From the NCBI RefSeq assembly GCF_004010195.1, contig NC_057749.1:19360432-19424105 (forward strand): DNA of 63,674 nucleotides. The letters are read 5' to 3'. The translations under genes and the position numbers were made by a program. This document shows positions 49,530 to 62,502 of this stretch, one piece after another. Below the pieces are notes generated by a model. That model did not search any database, had not been told where the DNA came from, and saw nothing but the letters and a program-made list of their open reading frames with translations. Source of the stretch: Chiloscyllium plagiosum. Its lineage: Eukaryota. The stretch's first letter is position 1, and the number at the start of each line of letters is the position of its first letter.

Positions 49530-52500
49530 TCAGAAATACACACTTTTTCCATTTATTTAGAAGAATGTTAAAGATATTACATTACTGCAAATGACAGAAA
49601 CTACTCTTCTAGGCTGTTCACTGATTAGAATGAGAAATGGCAGTGATTAGAAAATGACTGGTTCGATGAACCAATTTACAATAATGGAATGGACACAGTC
49701 CAAAGTGACAATGCACTGACCCCTTAAAGAAATGGGTATACCTTTTTACTGGCTTTCTTTTAATGAAGAATCAAGTTTGTGCAATCTTTCAGTGATTTGC
49801 TATAGTCCAAGAATTGCTCATGCCCTCCCCACCCCTCAGGGATTTGCATGATAGTAAGTGTACCTCAAAATTATTGAACCCAATGATTCAGTTTACAATT
49901 TATCTTGACATTGGCTTATTTTGGTTTTCACTGAGCATCTGACCCACACACAAATCCAATTGGGTTCATTCGTCAATACACATCACTGAGGAATCACAAC
50001 ATTCTGAATAGAAGAAAATCTGAATTTCTGAAATAAAAGCAATTGTGGAAATGAAGATGTAAACCTGAAATAGGCCAATCCCAGTTTAACACTCAACGTC
50101 CCATCAATGAACTATTTCACCTGGTCTTATATCAGACACGGTCCAGAGTAGAGTAGTTCTTCACTGTTCTTGTATGGGACACTAGTAATTTGTTGCCTAC
50201 CCCTAATTATTCTTGAATTCAGTTGCTTGATGAACTATCGCAGAGGGGCGAGAAGAATCAACCACACTGATATCGATCTGCAGTCACATGTAGACCAGAT
50301 CAGGTAAGGATGGCAGATTTCTTTCCCTAAAAGGCATTTGTGAACCAGATCAATTTCAACAGCAATTGAAGCTAGTTTCATTATCACTGTTACTGACACA
50401 GCTTTTCAATTCCAGATTTACATCAATTGAATTTAGATTCCTTGCCATGGTGGGATTTGAACCCTTGTCCCTGGATTATTACACCAATATCATTACGACA
50501 CCATCATCCTCCCTATCTATCCCCAAGGGTGTAATGGATATGCAGCTAGATTTCAAATTTTTGTTGCAGACCTCCAGCATTTCAGAGCTCATGAGATCCC
50601 CCAAAACAATTTCAGCTTCTACCCTCAATCCTCCTCACCGAAGATGGATCGCCACAGATTAATAACAAATTTGTTTTGGAAGTAACACCTCTGGATTACT
50701 TGGTTTTTTCCCGGTTTTCAACATCAAACAAAATAAAGCCTTCAAGAACAAAGTTACTTTTCCAACCATCCTAGCTTCTACACTTTCCCCAACATCCCAA
50801 TTTGATTATTATGGTTCATAAACAAGACCTTGCTGAGGGGGCAACAGTAAATCGACTCAATTACAATGACAGCATGTTACACAAACCAGTCGCCACCTTT
50901 AATATGGATCTATAAATAATTACATTGCAGCTTTAACACTGATGCTTTCAAGAAATTACATGGTAATTTTGCGAAGACTAGTTTTTCTTTATACAAAACA
51001 AATGCTTCCTTTCACAGTCAGCCTCTGACAAGCAGTAGTGTGTCCTTATGCTTTTGCCTGGGTATACTGAACCTAATACAAATACACAACCTACCAGTTT
51101 TCTGTGAAAAGACTTTCAGATCCTAGTGCAACATTTCTGTTCTCAGAACTCGCTGTGAGCTCCACAATCAGAAAGCTTGATGTTGACTTTCAAACTGATC
51201 TCAGTCAGTGTTGCTCGGTTGCTCCCGTGTAAAGGAGATTTGCTGATTGAAAACATTGAATGTCATACAATCAGCCTCTTGTTCCTTCAATCACATTGGC
51301 CTAGTTGGTTTCTCCCATACCCAGCTGTGAATTTCGAGGAAGCCACAATACCAAAAAAGACGGAGCCAGGGAATTAAGATAAATCATCTCAAAGGTGTTC
51401 GCACCAGTGATTCCTTGCTTTCAAGTAAATTCCCCACTTCCCAAAGTACAAGATGAACTTTGTACAGATCAACATCACTGCCAGAGAGTAATACAAGCCC
51501 CACAATGTCCAACACTGATGACTAGCCCTAGCCTATAACAGAGTTTGAATAGTTGTGTTATTAAGCAGTATGTCAAGGTTGTGTAACTGCTCATTTCAGA
51601 AACAGCTCACAACACAAAGCACATTGGAAATACTTTTCCAAGTAGTGTATATATACCATTTATAGTTCAAGTGACTGGCCTGAATCAGTCCCCACAGAAT
51701 GGGCTAAAAACATTATGAATGTAAAGGATTAATTAAAATCTGGCTTCCTATTGAACACCGAAGGTTTCAACATTTCCCATTCCTTGTCAATTCACTTCAC
51801 CATCATAACACAGAAGTATAAAAGGTGGATGTTTCCTTTGCAGCTTTGGAGAGATTTTGGAGAGATCAGTAGCAACAACTTATTGGATGGCGTAATACTT
51901 AACACCCCCCCCCCTCCCCATTTAAGAAAACCCAAAAACGCAAGAGCCCCATTTAAATGTGTTTGCACTGCCTTTAACACAGCATATTAGCTACTAATAC
52001 AATTATCCCTTCTAATTTTTAACACAGCACAAAAAGGAAGGCTTTTTGTAAGTTTAAAAAGCAGCTTCCACCCAGGTTCTTACACTTTCCCTCCTATTAT
52101 ATGCCCCTGAATCACAATACTGTACATGCTGTATGCCAGAAATCATACAGCAAGAAGCTCTTTACTATCCCATTGGCAGGTTTGCAGAAAAGGAGCTTAC
52201 AGACAGGAAAACTTGATTTTCAGGTGTTGAAACAAAATGACACTCTGGTCCAGTGCTGAAAATACGTTCCAAGTGATATCTAGTTAGTTTGGAGTCTGAA
52301 CGTTCACCTGAACAAAACTCTTTAATACTCAGTATTTAATTATGTTTGTGTGGGCAGTCTAGTCATTAGGTTGGGAATGGAGATCCTGGCCAAGATATAG
52401 TGTTCAACCCCTCACCCAGTGGTCCCAGCTAACAATTCAGGGCAGGCAAGCTCTAGCCTCACGCACTCAATCACAGGCTACAGTCAGTCCTTCTGGTTAG

Positions 52501-52764
52501 GAAGGTTACATCCCAGCGTCCTGCACTGTCCAATAAGAAAGTTACTCCTTGATCACTTAGAGGCAGCTATGAGTGGCAACATTACAACAGTGAAGGATGT
52601 GATGAAATGAGGAATGGACTACTTGAAGACTGTTTTGATGTCACAGCTACAGTGAGGAAAGTTTTTAGCTGCTCCAAGCCTCCCCACTGCCCCAATGTCA
52701 AAGGTCCAATTGCTTCAGTTTTCATGCTAAGGTGCTGAGATGCTACAGAGAATGAGGTCTCCCC
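49530..52764 (-). other. Probable SNX27-family 3' UTR, at least to the AATAAA at 49557-49552
   Basis: Repeat-poor AT-rich sequence after the stop; minus-strand AATAAA followed by a GU-rich tract; the true end is not established. Confidence 0.4.
50185..50510 (-). mobile_element. Old tRNA-derived SINE (a second copy lies at about 56855-57155)
   Basis: Two homologous copies (gtcacatgtag.ccaga..ggtaagga; gccatggtgggat.tgaac) with a B-box-like ggttcaaatccc on the minus strand. Confidence 0.6.
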
Positions 52765-52815
52765 TCAGGACAGCGAACCTCCACTACTTCTTGCTGCTGC
52801 TGCATGAAAAATATT
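52765..52815 (-). CDS. SNX27: SNX27-family terminal coding exon: NIFHAAAARSSGGSLS*
   Basis: ctccttttatctcttgcag acceptor; starts NIF...ARS like the human SNX27a tail NIFQMARS; TGA stop at 52767-52765; followed by repeat-poor UTR-like sequence. Confidence 0.75.
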   Translation of the reverse strand, partial: NIFHAAAARSSGGSLS

Positions 52816-54982
52816 CTGCAAGAGATAAAAGGAGAGTCTATGTTAACTGGCTGAACACGATTGACATTACTCATAAAGCTAATGTCAAGGAGTTTGATTT
52901 TATGCTGAAAGATACAGGCTTTTAATGATAAGACCTCCCAAAGCACAATGTAAAATAACACTAAGATCTTGGAATCTATATCCAAACCATTTTAATCAGC
53001 AACTCGCCCCGCACCCTCCACCCAAGCTGCTGAACCTTAATGGGGGTAGTTTGATGGACAATGGAAATTGTCCACTGCCCTACCCAAGTAGGCAAGTCCC
53101 ATGCGAGAGCCAAATAGTAACATTATTTCAATGGAGGATGCTATAAAAGAAATGGTCATGTTTTCTACTAATAGCCAGCCCAAAAACTAAGCGACTCAAC
53201 TTGAGACAACTATCCCATTACAAACAAAAGAGGGATTGGATTTGGATTAGCTGAAGGTGAATTCCTGTAATTTATTGATGCCAGCGCTTCAGAAAAGCTA
53301 AACTCAGAGACCGACAGTAAAGCAGATTCCTGAAATACCCATGAGGCAGACACTGGACCTCGCAACAGCAAGGCGACCAGACGTGACCAGATAATTTAAT
53401 TCTAAGTGAGTCATATGTTGCACTGGAAATCTAATCCCAGAATGAGCCAGTAGATAATGCACAGGCCAGGCCTATCTGACACCAGAGCTCCCAACTAAAC
53501 AGGCGAAGTCAAGAGTTCGATGAGGTTTGGTTATGCCGGAGAGGTGATTAGGTGCGGAAAGAGTGGGATAGGAAGTGAAAAGAAAAACTTCTTCCAGATG
53601 TTCAATCAGGTTCCCTTTAACAATCCGTGCACAGGACAATCAAACAAAACTTACCGCTTGACATCTGCCCTCTGTTTCTCTAGTATTCTCTTTAGCCCCA
53701 CCCTACAACGGTGTCTTGATTTACTTTGCCCTCAGAGGAGACACATTTTCTCTTTTTCATAACCTAATTCATACCTATTTACATCATTTATATTTCTTTC
53801 ACTTCAATTAGCAACTCCTCTGGCTCGTGCTCTGGGCCTCCATACCAAATGTCCCCCTCACTCCTCCTCTGTCTCCGTCAACAGCTTACAGTTCTGAAGT
53901 CATATCAGACTTGAAACACTAACTCGTTTCTCTCTCAACAAATGTTGCCAGACTCGCCAAGTTTCTCCAGTATTTTGTATTTGTTTCTGATTTTCAGGAT
54001 CCCAATATTTTGCTTTTATAAAAAATTCCTTGTTGCCTCGCTGAAAAAAGTTTGGAAGTTGCATCATTGTGACATTACACTGTTCAATCTTACCTGCTCA
54101 CTTTAAGATTCACGTCAATTGGATAAACTACCATAGGTACACTTTTATACTTCCTAATTTATCTCAGGAGACTTGCTCACATAATAAACACCTTAACATC
54201 TAGTGCTCAAATGCATTTCAAGGAATGGAAAAACAGATCACTGCAGGTGGATAAAATCAGCTGCGGATATGACAGACAATTAACAGATTAAAAGATTAAG
54301 ATGAGAATTGGCAGTAGGTACAACACTCAAGTACAAAGGCAGTCGGCTCAATTTAGCAAGGTTGTGGTTTTTCTGTGAATATTATTTACAGATGGAGCCC
54401 AGTGCATGAGGGGAAGGAATGATTAGCAGTTTATTCTGGCTCTCAGGGTGGACCAGCATGGGAGGAATTTGAAAAGGAAAATGAAATCATCTTTACAGAT
54501 TTTCAACTGGAACCAACAGTTGAAGGCTGCTGCTTGGAGCTGCTTCTGCCAGGTGACCTGCTATCTTGGTGCCACACTATCTTGTGCCATCCTCACATAG
54601 CCACAATAGCCACTTTTGATATCTGTCATCCAGCTACATCCAAGTTGAACCTTTTCTCTATCTTGCTCTCTAACAAAGATTTCTGCAGCTTCTCAGCTCT
54701 GATCAAACATCCAAAATATTGACACACTTTTCTGATCGTCACTGTTGAGTTTTTTTTTAAAAGCTCTTAGAATTTCAATCATCATCTTTCATGGCCTCAG
54801 TGTGCGATTTTTAACATCCGTCTTATCATCCACATTTCAAGGCCTCTATAGTTTTGGTTAGATATGTCACCGGCATCATCATCATGGGTTACTTTGCTGG
54901 AGATGCAGGTCCAGAACATCAACAATTCGTTCAAAAAACTACCGGGATCACATTAGACAAAAGCTCCTCAGTTCCTGATTCT

Positions 54983-55299
54983 TAGAGTCATGGAATCCTT
55001 GCAGTGTAGGAACAGGTCCTTCGGCCCAACAAGTCCACACCGACCTTCCGAAGAGTAACCCACCCAGACCCATTCCCCTACCCTATTACTCTACATTTAC
55101 CCCTGACTACTGCACCTAACCTGCACACCCCTGAACACTATGGGCAATTTAGCATGTCCAGTTTACCTAACCAGCACATCTTTGGATTGTGGGAGGAAAC
55201 CCACGCAGACATGGGGAGAATGTGCAAACTCCGCACAGAACTCACAAGGCCTGGATTGAACCCGGGTCCCTGGGCCCGTGAGGCAGCAGTGCTAACCAC
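54983..55299 (-). mobile_element. HE1-like V-SINE
   Basis: tRNA head remnant, V-domain and LINE-like tail. Confidence 0.88.
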
Positions 55300-56519
55300 C
55301 AACTCAGATCGAACAGTTGGGCCCAAACCGGAGGTTGAGGGCCACTTGGTCAAAGCCGCTGGTAAACGCAGGCTCTAAGCTGAAACAAGCCTATCCGAGT
55401 CTATTTCTGAGGCAACACTCAATTTTGTTTGATTAAGAGGACTTAAAGGCTGTTCACTCAATTGTGGCAATTCCTAAAGTCTAACACCAGTAACTCAAAG
55501 TATATGCAAAATCATTGAGAGAGATTTAAAGAACAAATTTATTTTGTTTTAAATCCGTTAGCTGGAGGTGGCTATTGCTAGCTGGGCTAGTATTCATTGC
55601 TAATCCACAATTACAATTGAGAAGGTGATGATGAGCTGCCTTCTTGAACTGTTGCAGGGAGACCAACAGTGTTGGGTAGAAAGGAGATCCATCTCATTTT
55701 CAGAAATATATGTGGGCAGGAAGAATTATGATACTTTTATACACGAACGATATTAGGCAGGATTTAAGCATGAGACGGTCTATCGGAGTTGTTCAACTGG
55801 AACAAGTTGAAACCCAATGAAACAAACCAAAGAACTATGGATGCTGGAAATCAGAAACAAGAACAGAAATTGCCGGAAAAAACTCTGGCAGCATCTGTGG
55901 AGAGAAAACATGTGCACAAAAGCAGGGAACTATCGTGCACAACCAACATTCCCTTTAAAGGTGCATATGTGGCAATGCAGCAATCTTAAAGGGACCATCC
56001 AGTACAACAAACAGACCACATCCAACAAAGATTAAAGGGAACATTGTGATCGATATCCCCATCAATAAAAACCTGCCAATTTCAGTCTTGAAAGCTTCCA
56101 CTGACCCCCCAGTATTGAATCTTTGGGGAGAGATTTCTATTACTCTTGCAAGTGTTTCCTGATTTCACTCCTGAATGGTTTGACTCTGATTTTCAGACTG
56201 TAACACTTGTCATTGATTTCTCCACCAGAAGAGACTATTTACCAGTGTTGAACCAAAGAAAATTCATTCCATTGATCTGATCACCAGCATATCTCCTCCA
56301 AGAGGCAGAAAAGGGCCTCTTCAGAATTACAAGAGACTAATGGAGAACATGGCAGATCATTTGAAAGGCATCACAATCAATAACCTATTATTAATTAAAT
56401 TGATGACGTTAATATTGGCCACTGGTTAGAAGGGTAACTGAACTCAGAGCCACTGACAGTAATATTTGCTCTTCAGTGGAGAGTCCCAAGCATGCTTGTT
56501 AAGGGGCAAATCGGTAACT

Positions 56520-56581
56520 GGACAACCCTGGGACAGTTTGGGACAACCCTGGGACAGTTTGGGACAACCCTGGGACAGTTT
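56520..56581. repeat. Perfect 21-bp tandem repeat, about 3 copies (GGACAACCCTGGGACAGTTTG)
   Basis: Units start at 56520, 56541 and 56562. Confidence 0.92.
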
Positions 56582-56645
56582 CATGCCAGCCTCACCAGCG
56601 ACATCTAAGTATTTGTACGCACTCCTCCAGCCCCCATGTCCATAC

Positions 56646-56696
56646 CATGTGGTTGGTGCTATTCCTATTATCTTCATCATTGCCAACGTCTTCCAT
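56646..56696 (-). CDS. SNX27: Putative additional or cassette SNX27-family exon: MEDVGNDEDNRNSTNHM
   Basis: Strong polypyrimidine acceptor (ctctcactttgtttctgcttctcccacag) and ATG|gtatgg donor; 51 nt, phase 0/0, no stop; fits in frame between flanking exons. Confidence 0.65.
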
Positions 56697-57385
56697 CTGT
56701 GGGAGAAGCAGAAACAAAGTGAGAGTGACAGGATGGGCAGTGGGAGATAGAGGGTGGTGAAGACAGAGGTTAAAACACTCATTACTTTAAAAACTGTCAA
56801 GGATGATAAACCGGGCAATTACAGGCAAGTCAGTATTATGTCAGTGGTGAGGCCAGCATTATTGCCAACCCCTAAATGCCCATGAACCTACTGGCTCTCC
56901 AGGCAATTTCCGAGGGCAGTGAAAAGTCAAGTACATTGTTGTGGGTGTGGAGTCACAAGTCAGTCAGACTGGGTAAGGATATATGTCCTTCCCTCAAGGA
57001 TGTTAGTTCACCAGATGGTAGTTTTGGCATCTAGTTGAGACTAGCTTTCAATTCCAAATTTTTTACAACTGAACAGCTGCCATGGTGGGATATGAACTCT
57101 CACTGATCAGAGCTGCTGGATTAATTATCCAGTGACATTACCACTACCCTACCATCTCTCCACATCTGTACGAGGGATATCAGAGTTGCAGTCAAAACAA
57201 AGAATATCTTCACTTCAGCCAAAACAGAGACACTCTGGCCTACTGGCTGAAGATAAAGATGCCAGTTCTTAATGGGAGCGAAGCTTGTTCCATGTACTCT
57301 TATTACATGATCAGGCAAATCTTGGGGCAAAGGACAAATCAATAGCACAGTCTGTTTAGACAAACAAGTACCTAATATGGCTTAC

Positions 57386-57445
57386 CTCTTTCCTCCATCT
57401 CAGCTCACACAGAACACGCTCAAAACATTCGTGCATGTAGTTAAA
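57386..57445 (-). CDS. SNX27: SNX27-family exon: [20 protein letters not shown]
   Basis: tttccatttgtag acceptor and GAG|gtaagc donor; 60 nt; matches SNX27 [20 protein letters not shown]. Confidence 0.93.
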
Positions 57446-58224
57446 CTACAAATGGAAACAAAAAATACAGTATCACAGAAACATGCCAGAGCACTCAACC
57501 AGCAGTCAAATAGTTTACAGAAGTGCAGTTGCTAAAAGTGTGTTTAAAAGTGGCAATTCCAGCCCCACCTGCCCACGTCCTCAAAGGAACAGTGAGGGGA
57601 GGGGATACAGTGGGTCAGGTTACCACATCCTAAGCCAGGCCCAGGACATCCCTAGTACGTTCTACCTGAGGTACATGACAGACAACAGCATAGATGAATT
57701 AAACATCTCACTGTTCAACTGTTCAGCATTTGCACTGCACACTTAAGGACTTGTCCTGAATTCCTTCCTGTTTTGAGCAATGCAGCGGCACTGCATCAGC
57801 CCATACCTGTGAAATGCTCCACATCCCTCCAGGTCAGAGAGAAGAACTTTTTAACAGCAACTCAGATTCCAAAATAAAGGAATTGGATTTACATTTGAAA
57901 AGGAGAAGCTGGGAAGGGCTCTGAAGCAAGCGCAGAGGTCCAAACCTTAGTGGACAATTCTCAAAGACCCACAATGGTCATCTTCAGTGCTGTGTAAATC
58001 TAAAGGAACAAACATCAGTAGATAAAGTACACTTCCTAACATCAGTACCTCCCCACGTGGCTTACAGCTAATGCAACATGGTAATAAAAACCTGGTCATT
58101 TTATTTTTTAAATGTGGTATCAGTTACAGATAAACATTGGCTCAGACACTGGAGCAGACCCCTCCGCTTTTCTTCGGACTTGGGTCTTTTACCAATTCCT
58201 GAGAGGGTATACAGATTTGATATC

Positions 58225-58368
58225 TTGCTCAAAAGGCAGCACCCTTACTGCAGCATTCCCACAGAACATCACAAAAGGGTCACCCCAGTCTTAATTTTCA
58301 AGTTTCTGAATTGGGGCTTGAATCCTTCAGTCCCAAATCAGATGAGAGCTTCACTCACTAAACCCTGG
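58225..58368 (-). mobile_element. Old DeuSINE-like 5' (tRNA) fragment
   Basis: gcagcattccc...ggggcttgaatcc resembles the SacSINE1-type head; heavily diverged. Confidence 0.4.
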
Positions 58369-58422
58369 CAGATTCCAACTAAACCACCCAATGAAGAAAC
58401 AGCTTTGTGTTGCCAATGGCAA

Positions 58423-59345
58423 TAGAGTCAGAGTCATAGAGATGTACAGCATGGGAACAAACCCTTCGGTCCAACCCATCCACACCGACCAGATATCCCA
58501 ACCCAATCTAGTCCCACCTGCCAGCACCCAACCCATATCCCTCCNNNNNNNNNNNNGTCTATTTATCCTATCCATGCCCCTCATAATTTTGTAAACCTCT
58601 ATAAGGTCACCCCTCAGCCTCCGACGCTCCAGGGAAAACAGCCCCAGCCTGTTCAGCCTCTCCCTGTAGCTCAAATCCTCCAACCCTAGCAACGTCCTTG
58701 TAAATCTTTTCTGAACCCTTTCATGTTTCACAACGTCTTTCCGATAGGAAGGAGACCAGAATTGCATGCAATATTCCAACAGTGGCCTAACCAATGTCCT
58801 GTACAGCCGCAACATGACCTTCCAACTCCTGTACTCAATACTCTGACCAATAAAGGAAAGCATACCAAACCCCTTCTTCACCATCCTATCTACCTGCGAC
58901 TCCACTTTCAAGGAGTATGAACCTGCACTCCAAGGTCTCTTTGTTCAGCAACAGTCCCTAGGACCTTACCATTAAGTGTATAAGTCATGCTAAGATTTGC
59001 TTTCCCAAAATGCAGTACCTCACATTTATCTGAATTCCACTACATCTACGACTTCTCAGCCCATTGGCCCAGATCCTGTTGTAATCTGAGGTAACCTTCT
59101 TCGCTGTCCACTACACCTCCAATTTTGGTGTCATCTGCAAACTTACTGACTGTACCTCTTATGCTCGCATCCAAATCATTTATGTAAATGACAAAAAGTT
59201 GTGGGCCCAGCACCAATCCTTGTGGTACTCCACTGGTCACAGGCCTCCAGTCTGAAAAACAACCCTCCACCACCACCCTCTGTCTTCTTCCTTTGAGCCA
59301 GTTCTGTATCCAAATGGCTAGTTCTCCCTGTATTCCATGAGATCA
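58423..59345 (-). mobile_element. Young 5'-truncated HER1/CR1 LINE ending about 70 nt from the SNX27 exon donor
   Basis: High similarity to 15620-16700; SKFADDTK and LEYCMQFWSP. Confidence 0.93.
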
Positions 59346-59414
59346 ATAGTTCTGCCTGCCCCTCCTGCAGGAAGTACTAAAGTCAGCCGAGAAATGCAAG
59401 ACAGAGTTACTCAC

Positions 59415-59543
59415 GTAAGGAGTGAAGATTTTCACCCAGCGAGGTTTCTTTTCACCACGGATGTACTCAAAGCAGAATGCCATCCCCTCCTCATCTGTAT
59501 CCCACTGGTGCATCTCATCCCATTCAAACATGATTACCTGGTT
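59415..59543 (-). CDS. SNX27: SNX27-family exon (FERM-like domain): [43 protein letters not shown]
   Basis: ttttgttttaaaag acceptor and TAC|gtgagt donor; 129 nt, phase 0; near-identical to SNX27 [35 protein letters not shown]; orthologue versus paralogue is unresolved. Confidence 0.93.
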
Positions 59544-61501
59544 CTTTTAAAACAAAAGGATAAACAAATCCTCAGTACTTTTTCCACAAAGAAAAGTAAG
59601 AAATGACAAACCGATTCAGTTCAAGTAGTTCAGGAGGCATTCAAACCTCCGTTTTTCAATCCAAATACATAGCATTTAAAACAATTCAATGAGGAAATTA
59701 CTTGAAAGGATGTGAGTAGCAAAGAGTTGCCTTAGAATGGTGGTGGTCCAGGAGGAGAGAAACACTTGTACAGACTTTAGGGCGGATGGATTATGTGGTG
59801 CTGTCTAATTTGAGATTGGATTCATTCCTGGTGATTTGGGCAAATGGAAATCAGTGGGATATAATTAATATAGAAATTAAAAGGCAGTTTGTAGTGTCAG
59901 AGAGCAAGTTCAAGCTCTCACTCTATTACACTCATAATTTCACCTCAGCTGCATTGGAAGAGAAGAGATTGAGAAAGTAATTTTCACCCAACTATTGAAG
60001 TATGCCTCTCAGCTAACTATACAGAAGCATATACTTCCACACAAATTAAAACTCTGTCCCCTGTGGATGCAGGCATAATCAAAACTTTCAAGTCAAATCA
60101 AGACACTGCTTTTGATGGGGTTACATACTAAAAGATATAGAGCAAAGTTGGGGAAATCAGGTTGAAATGCAGTGCAGGACCCCATGACCCAAACATCATT
60201 GGCCGGATTCTTACTGGATCAATGGTCTCAGGACCAGGCCCTGAGACATGACAGAATGAACAACTTTATTGGGAGTTTTCTATAGACTCCCAATAGCAAC
60301 AGAGACATAGAAGAGCAGATTGGGAGGTAGATTTTTGGAAATGTGCAAAGGTAACAGGGTTGTTGTTTTGGGTGACTTCAACTTCCCTAATATTGATTGG
60401 AACTTTTGTCAGGTGTGTCCAGGAAGGATTCCTGATTCAATATGTAGACAGGCTGACTAGAGGGGAGGCCATATTGGATTTGGTGCTTGGCAACGAACCA
60501 GGTCAGGTGTCAGAGTGCTTGGTGGGAAAGCATTTCGGTGACAGTGATCACAACTCCCTGACCTTTATTATACTCATGGAGAGGGATATCAGCAGACAGT
60601 ATGGGGAAAGTATTTAATTGGGGAAGGAGGATTTACAATACTATTTAGCAGGAAATGTGGAGCATAAATTGGGAACAGATATTCTCAGGGAAATGCACAA
60701 CAGAAATTCGGAAGTTGTTTAGGGAGCATTTGAAAGTGCTGGATAGGTTTGTCCCACGAGGCAAGGAAGGGATGGCAGGCTGAAGGAACCTTGGATGACG
60801 AGAGATGTGGAACATCTAGTCAAGAGGAAGAAGGAAGCTTACTTAAGGTTGAGGAAGCAAGGATCAGACAGGGCTCTAGACGGTTACAGAGTAGCCAGGA
60901 AGGAACTGAAGAATGGACTTAGGAGAGCTAGAAGGGGGCATGAATAAGCCTTGGCGGGAAGGAGTAAGGAAAACCCCAACGCGTTCTACACTTATGTAAA
61001 GAGAGAAGAGGATGGCCAGAGTGAGGGTAGGGCCGATCAGGGATAGTGGGGGAAACTTGTGCCTGGAGTTGGAGATGGTAGGGGAGGTCCTGAATGAATA
61101 CATTGCTCAGTTATCACTAGTGAGAGGGACTTCTTCATTTGTGAGGATAGCATGAAACAGGCTGATACACTCGAGCAGGTTGATGTTGAGGAGTAGGATG
61201 TGCTGGAAACTTTGAGAAACTGGAGGATAAATAAGTCTCCTAGGCCAGACAAGATATACCCAAGGTTACTCTGGGAAATGAGGGAAGAGATTGCAGCATC
61301 TTTGGTGATGATCTTTGCATCCTCACTGACCACTGGAGTAGCACCAGACGATTGCAGGGTGGCAAATGTTCAGGAAAGGGAAGAAGGATAATCGTGGGAA
61401 TTACAGACCAGTCAGTCTTAGGTCAGTGGTAAACAAAGTATTGGAGAGCATTCTGAGAGACAGGTTTTTTTTATATTATTTGTAAAAGCATAGTTTGATT
61501 A

Positions 61502-61806
61502 GGTTAAATTCCCTACAGTATGGAAACAGGCCCTTCTGCCCAACAAGTCCACACCGACCCTCCGAAGAGTAACCTGCCCAGACCCATCGCCCTCTGATTA
61601 ACGCACCTAACACTATGGGCAATTTAGCATGGCCAATTCACCTAACTTGCACATCTTTGGACTGAGGGAGGAAACCGGAGTACCCGGAGAAAACCCACAC
61701 AGACACAAGGAGAATGTGCAAACTCCACACAGACAATTGCCAGAGGCTAGAATTGAACCTGGGATCCTGGAACTGTGAGGCAGCAGTGCTAACCACTGGG
61801 CCGCCC
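61502..61806 (-). mobile_element. HE1-like V-SINE nested in CR1
   Basis: Full SINE interrupting the LINE sequence gattag|agatagtcagcatgg. Confidence 0.9.
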
Positions 61807-62502
61807 TAGAGATAGTCAGCATGGCTTTGAGGGGGGCAGGTCATGCCTCACAAGCCTTATTGAGTTCTCTGAGGATTTGACAAATCACGTTGATGAAGGT
61901 AGAACAGTGGATGTGGTGTATAAGATTCTTCATGGTAGGCTCATTCAGAAAGTAAGATGACAATGGCATTCGGGAGATTTGGCTATCTGGATACAGAATT
62001 GGCTGGTAGTAGAAGATGTAAAGTATTCAGCCTGGAGCTTGGTGACTAATGGTGTTTCACAAGGATCTGTTCTGGGATCTCTGCTCTTTGTGGTTTTTAT
62101 AAATGACTTGGATAAGGACGTGGAACGGTGGGTTAGTACTTTTACCGATGACACAAAGGTTGGTGGAGTTGTAGATTGTGTGGAGGGCTGTTGTAGGTTG
62201 CAATGGGACATTGACAGGATGCAGAGCTGGCCTGAGAAGTGGCAGATTGAGTTCAACCTGGAAAAGTGTGAAGTGATTCATTTTGGAAGGTCAAATTTGA
62301 ATACAGATTACAGGTTAAAGGCTGGATTCTTGGCAGTGTGGAGGAACCCAGGGATCTTGGATTCCATGTCCACAGATCCCTCAAAGTTGCCACCCAAACT
62401 GATAGTGTTGTTAAGAAGGCATATGGTGTGTTGGCTTTCATGAGTAGGGGGATTGAGTTTAAGACCACGAGGTTCCTGGACGAGCCCTGGCTATCATTCC
62501 CT

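Noticed and set aside
41914..52764. NEIL1 or another gene between MAN2C1 and the SNX27-like gene
   Set aside because: No recognisable coding exons on either strand; the ORFs there are repeat-derived or spurious.
53249..53330. Alternative SNX27b-type terminal exon beginning with Glu
   Set aside because: The candidate acceptors have weak polypyrimidine tracts and the peptides resemble no SNX27 tail I know.
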